Shown here: in pieces, positions 57,047-64,000 of the stretch
Position numbering within the stretch: the first letter of the stretch is position 1
Layout of the letters: each line of letters begins with the position of its first letter
Assembly: GCF_009914755.1 (NCBI RefSeq)
Contig: NC_060935.1
Direction: 5' to 3' (one strand)
Length of the DNA stretch: 64,000 nt
Source of the DNA: the human T2T-CHM13v2.0 reference genome, Homo sapiens
Position numbers and translations under genes: made by a program
Notes under the pieces: generated by a model
Database searches by the model: none
Told to the model about the DNA's origin: nothing
The model's input: the letters and a program-made list of their open reading frames with translations, nothing else

Positions 57047-57182
57047 TGATATGGAAGTGCTGGGAAGGGAAGGTCTTGGTCCCTTTAAATGATATAAAAA
57101 GGGGAAAGGGAAGTGTGTGGTCCCTAGCTAGGGCCCCATCCCGACAGACCTAGGTGAGGAAAGGCATTTCCTCCCAAAATGT
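57047..57182 (+). mobile_element. 5' stub of an LTR1-family (ERV1) LTR
   Basis: TGATATGGAAGTGCTGGGAAGGGAAG...GGTCCCTTTAAATGATA...GACCTAGGTGAGGA matches the start of LTR1B/D-type LTRs. Confidence 0.75.
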
Positions 57183-57452
57183 ATACAGGAAACACTATTT
57201 ATCAACAAAAATAAATAAAGTACATCTATATACAATTACACAGGTCAACCTAATAGCTATAAAGTTAATAAAGAAGCCAGATACAAATATATATATATAT
57301 ACTCTATTATTCTATTTATGCAAAGCTTATAAAACAGACATTACTAAAGTGTTTGGCAGACATGATTAGTTGGTATACCTAAAAAAACAAATCAAGGTGA
57401 TGATTACAATAAAAGTAGAAAAGTGGTAAACTCTGGAACATGGAGAGGCTTT

Positions 57453-57808
57453 GTGTTATAGCCAAGGAGATGGGAGATCAGTCTCAAATTCATCTCCCGG
57501 ACTAACTAAAATCAGAGGTTTATATAGCAAAGAAGAAACATGGTTATATACAGGAAAACAGGAATTAGGGAGAAGTAAGGAAGATGAGTTGGCCAACAGG
57601 AACCAGGTAATCTCTTAGGCAATCATGACAGATGAGGTTTCAGTTCCTTGTTACTCTTTGGGAGGACTGATGGTTGCTTTCCTGCTGAAGGAACTCAGAT
57701 AAGACAAATGTGACTTTCTTAAGTTTTAACACTTGGAGGGTCAATTTCTGTGTTTATTGAAAGGAAACTCTAAATATTAATTCTGTGGAACAATTGGGCC
57801 AGTTTTAA
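57453..57808 (-). mobile_element. ERV solo LTR (LTR47/LTR26-like)
   Basis: Reverse strand begins AAACTGGCCCAATTGTTCCACAGAA...AATAAACACAGAAATTGACCCTCC...TTTGTCTTATCTGAGTTCCT. Exact family uncertain. Confidence 0.7.
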
Positions 57809-58067
57809 CCATACTCTACTTAGACCTGCATCACTGATATTGAAAATTTGATTTGTAGTAAATAATCTTTGTATACTTTTTTAATGTGATTCTTAATTTG
57901 TGATTTATTCATTTATATGTGATGTATTACACAACTTAAAAAACTGTTAAATAAAAATTCAAATGTATGGGATCACCTTTCTTCTCCTTGGATCCGATAA
58001 ACCAGTTTTTTACCTTTTCAGTTTGTAACTATTTAAATAAAGGGCACTTCATAAGTTTTTTGCCCCA

Positions 58068-59934
<1,867 letters not shown>

Positions 59935-60056
59935 TCATTTTAAGTCAGAAAACCTGTATCACTGTGTTCCTCTTTACTGATTCTGGTGTTCTAGTTGATG
60001 TCATAAAATTATTCCACTTTAATTTGCATACACTTGGTGAATGAACACACACTGAA

Positions 60057-60442
60057 TGCTATGGGTTGAATGTGTCCTCCAAAGTTCATGTTCTGAAAAC
60101 TTAATCTTCAATACAACAGTGTTGAGAGGTAGAAAGTTTAAGAGGTGATTAGGTCATGGATGTTCATCACTGATGAATGGATTAACATTATTATTTTGAG
60201 TGTGGGTTCACTCATGAGAGTAAGGGTGGCTTTTTAATAAAAGTGAGTTTGGTTCTCTCTTACTCTCTCTTGCCATGCAATACCTTTTGCCGTGTTGTGA
60301 CCTAGCAATAAGGCCTTCACCAGATGCAACCCCCAGATCTTGGACTTCTCAGTCTCCAGAACCATGGGCCAATAAATTTCTGTCGATTATAAATTACCCA
60401 GTCTCAGATATTCTGATATAACAGCAGAAAATGAATAATACA
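60057..60442 (+). mobile_element. MST (C/D-like) MaLR solo LTR
   Basis: TGCTATGGGTTGAATGTGTCC...aataaatttctg...aaattacccagtctcag...CA; TSD ctgaa/ctaaa. Confidence 0.88.
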
Positions 60443-61404
60443 CTAAAATAATAAGTTACATTTTTATTTTCTGAAGAGTATCTTCAAACAATTATTTGGA
60501 CAGAGAAGAAAACACTATGGTCTTGAACGAAATAGGAAAGTCCAATGTACATTATTTTTTTTTTTTTTTGAAAGAGAGAGAAAAAAAGAGAGATCAAAAA
60601 GGACAAGAAGGAGTAGTATTTATTGAGCTCAAGCCATGTTACATCCACTGTGCTTGGCACGGTATGTCCACTTGTCCATTAACTCTTATATGACTTGCTA
60701 TATTATCATGAGGCAGACAGTAGTATTATCTTCAGTTTAAAACAAGGATAATTAGGAATATTAAATTCTTATATCTGAAATTTCACACTTAGGAGTTCTA
60801 AGGTGGTTTAAATCTTACTGGCCTGAAGTCAAAGCACAAAAATGGCAACCAATGTATTATTAATAAAGTCTATACTATTGATTTTCTGTAGCTTAATATA
60901 AATAAAAATATATACTGCACCAAATGAAGGTTCAGCAATGTTATTTTTTTTGAACTCCTGGTTCCTATAGTTTTTATTATGTTTCACTGTGGAACTTTTG
61001 TTGATAAATCCAGCACTATTTGATACATGACCAGACTTTCCTTTGCAAATTTACTCCTGTTCAAAACAGCCAAAGGTTCAGTACCACACAATTAAGCGTT
61101 TCTTTCAGAATCTGTCATTTGTTTGTTTTTCTCATTCTTAGTTTTCTCAAATGCACAGCTTAAAGCTAGATAATTAAACTGTTTTAAAACTGAAAATTAC
61201 TTTAAATGTTATTATAGGACTCTGCATATTAAAAACATAAGCATAATTTTACTTTAAAGCATTATTTCTCTATTTAAGTATTTAAAAAAAAAAAGTAAGA
61301 CAATGAGTAGATCAATTAAACCTAGCCAGTTCAGATAAGTTTTCATAAAACTTCATATATTGGTATTTGTAGGTACAAACAGAGAATTCACCATATTGTT
61401 TACA

Positions 61405-61635
61405 GAGCCCTGGCTTTAGAAACATGATACTTGAGGAGTCATATTTCCACTCAGTACTCATTAGTTCTGTGCATTGGGCAGGCCCATTACATTTTGTACG
61501 TGTGTACTATCAGTTGTAAAATGAAGATAACAATACAGTTCTAATTCACAAAATTGTTGCAAAAATAAGGTAGAAGAAAGTATATGAACAAAATTTTAGT
61601 GATGGTAACACATGATATATATTGTTATTTTTATT
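61405..61635 (+). mobile_element. MIR SINE
   Basis: agccctggctttagaaac...ctgtgcattgggcagg...tgtaaaatgaagataacaatac. Confidence 0.55.
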
Positions 61636-62814
61636 CCTATAATTTCCCTAGTTTCAAAAAAAACCTATTTCGAATGTAGCTTTAAGTTTACTCCTTGATA
61701 TACTTAAAAAAAACTTACAAGCATCTTTTATGAATTAAAAAAATTGAATAAATAGGTACTCCCACAAACAAGATATCTATACAAGTGAATTAAGAGGGTT
61801 GCTAGACAACACCTTGCTGTAAGAAACACTTTTAAAGGAATTCTAAGCCTTAATGGTTCTCAAGAGACCAGTTGCACAAAGCAATTATTGATATTACAGG
61901 AGAGAATATGACTGGGAAAATTTAGTGTTCAAAATCACTAACAGAAGTAAAAGTAACAACTACAAGAGTCTTCCTGAAGAGCGCTGAGTAGAAGAAAATG
62001 TAGTGCAATCTCTCAAAAAGCCATCTTTTTAGAGACAGAAATAAAAGTTATTGTTCCCCTGCTATTCTATTATCAGATGAAGTTTTGGTCCTTTGAAGTG
62101 TGAGTAAATTTATTTGTTTAGAGCCTCTCATCTAATTCTTCTAACACTTATCAACTTTCCACTTTTCAATATATTCTCTTTGCTCCAGAAAAAAAAGAGG
62201 TTCTGAGTCTCTTCTGTCATGCACTCATCTTTTCCCTTCTTTATTCGAAAAATGAATGACTTCTTACACTAATGTTTTATGTGTAAAGTTTTACATGTCA
62301 AGAAAAAGTCTTACTTTTCCAAGTCCAAGACTGATATAAAATGCAATCTCAATGTCTTCCCTGCCTTCTTTTGTCTCTGTAAAAATTAGCAATATTCTTC
62401 CCTCCCCTAGCTTTGTTTTTCAACTAAGGCAGGTAAATCTGCTTATAGATCAGCTTCTAACCCAAGCATGCTTACTTTGGAATCTTCCCATAAAAGTGAA
62501 TCAGATCGTTTTTGGAATAAGTTGAATTCGTCAATTATTGCAGGGAGTATACTATTTTTTTCCTATTCATTGCCTTTGTTTTCCTTTAATCTTTGCTTTA
62601 GCTGGGATGTTTCATAGTTAATAGAAGTGGGAAAATATAGTGTTTTCTAAATATGTACATATCTCTATATTTTAACCAGAATGAAGAGAAGATTGAATTC
62701 AATAGTATAGCCTGGTTCTTTCTTTAAACAATTTTAAGGTCAAATGGTTCTCTTCATACTACCCTGATCAGGTGTCACCTCATTTAATTTTCAGGCAATT
62801 CACAGGGACTAGCA

Positions 62815-63005
62815 TTCTGAGCAACAAATATGACCAGGGATTCTACATAACTCATTTAATCCTAAAAATTATATTGTTCTAATTTTATTCTTAAAAAAAC
62901 TAGATTCAGTAATTCTGAAAAGATCAAATCATCATGATTAAGTAGAAGAACCTGAAGTACAATCTCAGCCTATTTGATTTTAAAATAAACATCCTTTCCA
63001 ATCAT
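62815..63005 (-). mobile_element. MIR SINE
   Basis: acataactcatttaatcct...attaagtagaagaacctgaagtacaatctcagcctatttgatt. Confidence 0.55.
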
Positions 63006-63479
63006 CATGTTGTCTCGGATAAGTTGAAAATCTCTCAGTGTATCGCTACATAATCTTAAACTGTAAATTTTTGTAGCTGAAATGGTGAGTAAAATAAAGC
63101 AAAATAAATCATTAAATTATATAAATTTGCATGTTTAAATATAAAACAGTAGATTGAAGACTGACATTTAGTAATTTTGCTGTATTAGATTACATATATT
63201 AAATTATTTTATAAGTAAATTCAATGTTTTTGTGACTTAAACTTTTAATTAACACTTATATTAACAAAAAAGGAGCATACTAGGGAGATTCTAATTTGAA
63301 CTGATGTGTTATCTTTCCTATGAAATATTTTAAAAGTCTCCTCATTAATTATTATTCCTCTGTGCCTCCTGTCGCTATCAAAACAGTCTAAGTCTCCAAG
63401 AAATCTCTCACCACTAGAACTCATCCTCATAAAATTCTGTTCATTTCTTAAAGCGACCTAATCTTTCATTCTTTCCTTA

Positions 63480-64000
63480 TCTCTCAAACATTTTCACTAG
63501 GTCCCTTTGTAACACCTTCTTTCATCAGTAACCCTACTCCCCTATTCTACTTCAAACTATTCTCTGAAGTCTCCTGTTTTGACTCGTATGTTGTTGAAGA
63601 TGTGATAGCCAAAGGAGCCTTTAAAGTGGGAGCTGTAGTTGTTGTTTATTTCCTTCCAATAATCTATGTATTGCAAGGCATAAAGATAGCATATTTATGT
63701 ATCTCATTTCAGCTCCTAGACTACTTGTTATCTCTCAAACACCAAGGATTTCTTCAAGTTGGTGCCATTAGACTTCATTATCTATAAGCTCTCTTTGATA
63801 CTGGCATCTATTAACATTTCTCATTCCTTCTCATTCTTAAATTCTCCTCATTCTTTCACCTAGTTTACCATCCTTCCCTTATGTCACTATTATTATCATT
63901 ATTCTTAACAAAATCAAAATTTATATTGATGATCTACTCAATTACCTGGACTTTTAGATCATTGGCATCTGCATTTCAAATAATGCATTTCTTAATTCCA
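63480..64000 (+). mobile_element. L2 LINE fragment (RT region)
   Basis: Pyrimidine-rich strand; tttatattgatgatctactcaattacc resembles the L2 LYADDSQIY region. Confidence 0.45.

Larger units (their letters stand above)
46210..57960 (+). mobile_element. Long fragmented L1ME-type element hosting nested insertions
   Basis: 5'/ORF1-like sequence at 46210-48450, ORF2 start at 50865-50993, ORF2 pieces at 54785-56240, 3'UTR at 56600-57960. Roughly collinear across the insertions. Confidence 0.6.

Overview
Primate (very probably human) AT-rich, CpG-poor, gene-poor genomic DNA, intergenic or deep intronic. I find no intact host protein-coding exon, RNA gene or CpG island. The recognisable ORFs in the track come from repeats or a pseudogene; the rest look like chance ORFs. 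Main contents: five Alus; a TSD-flanked L1PA3/4 with a large internal deletion (31371-36082); a 5'-truncated L1PA7/8; many old L1M/HAL1/L2/MIR fragments; a full-length Tigger1; MER45B, MER58A, MER5, MER94, MER103 and MADE1 DNA elements; MaLR and ERV LTRs; and a processed HMGN1 pseudogene. I see no convincing new biological system. The most unusual signals are (i) the L1PA3/4 copy, which combines a mutated YY1 site, a four-fold tandem 17-mer inside the ZNF93-target segment, an open ORF0 and an open truncated ORF1, and (ii) several rearrangement scars: a 79-bp patch matching sequence 5.3 kb away, two inverted/direct-repeat mosaics, and a ~170-bp duplication flanking an LTR1 stub. Repeat subfamily names are recalled from consensus sequences, and boundaries of old repeats are approximate.
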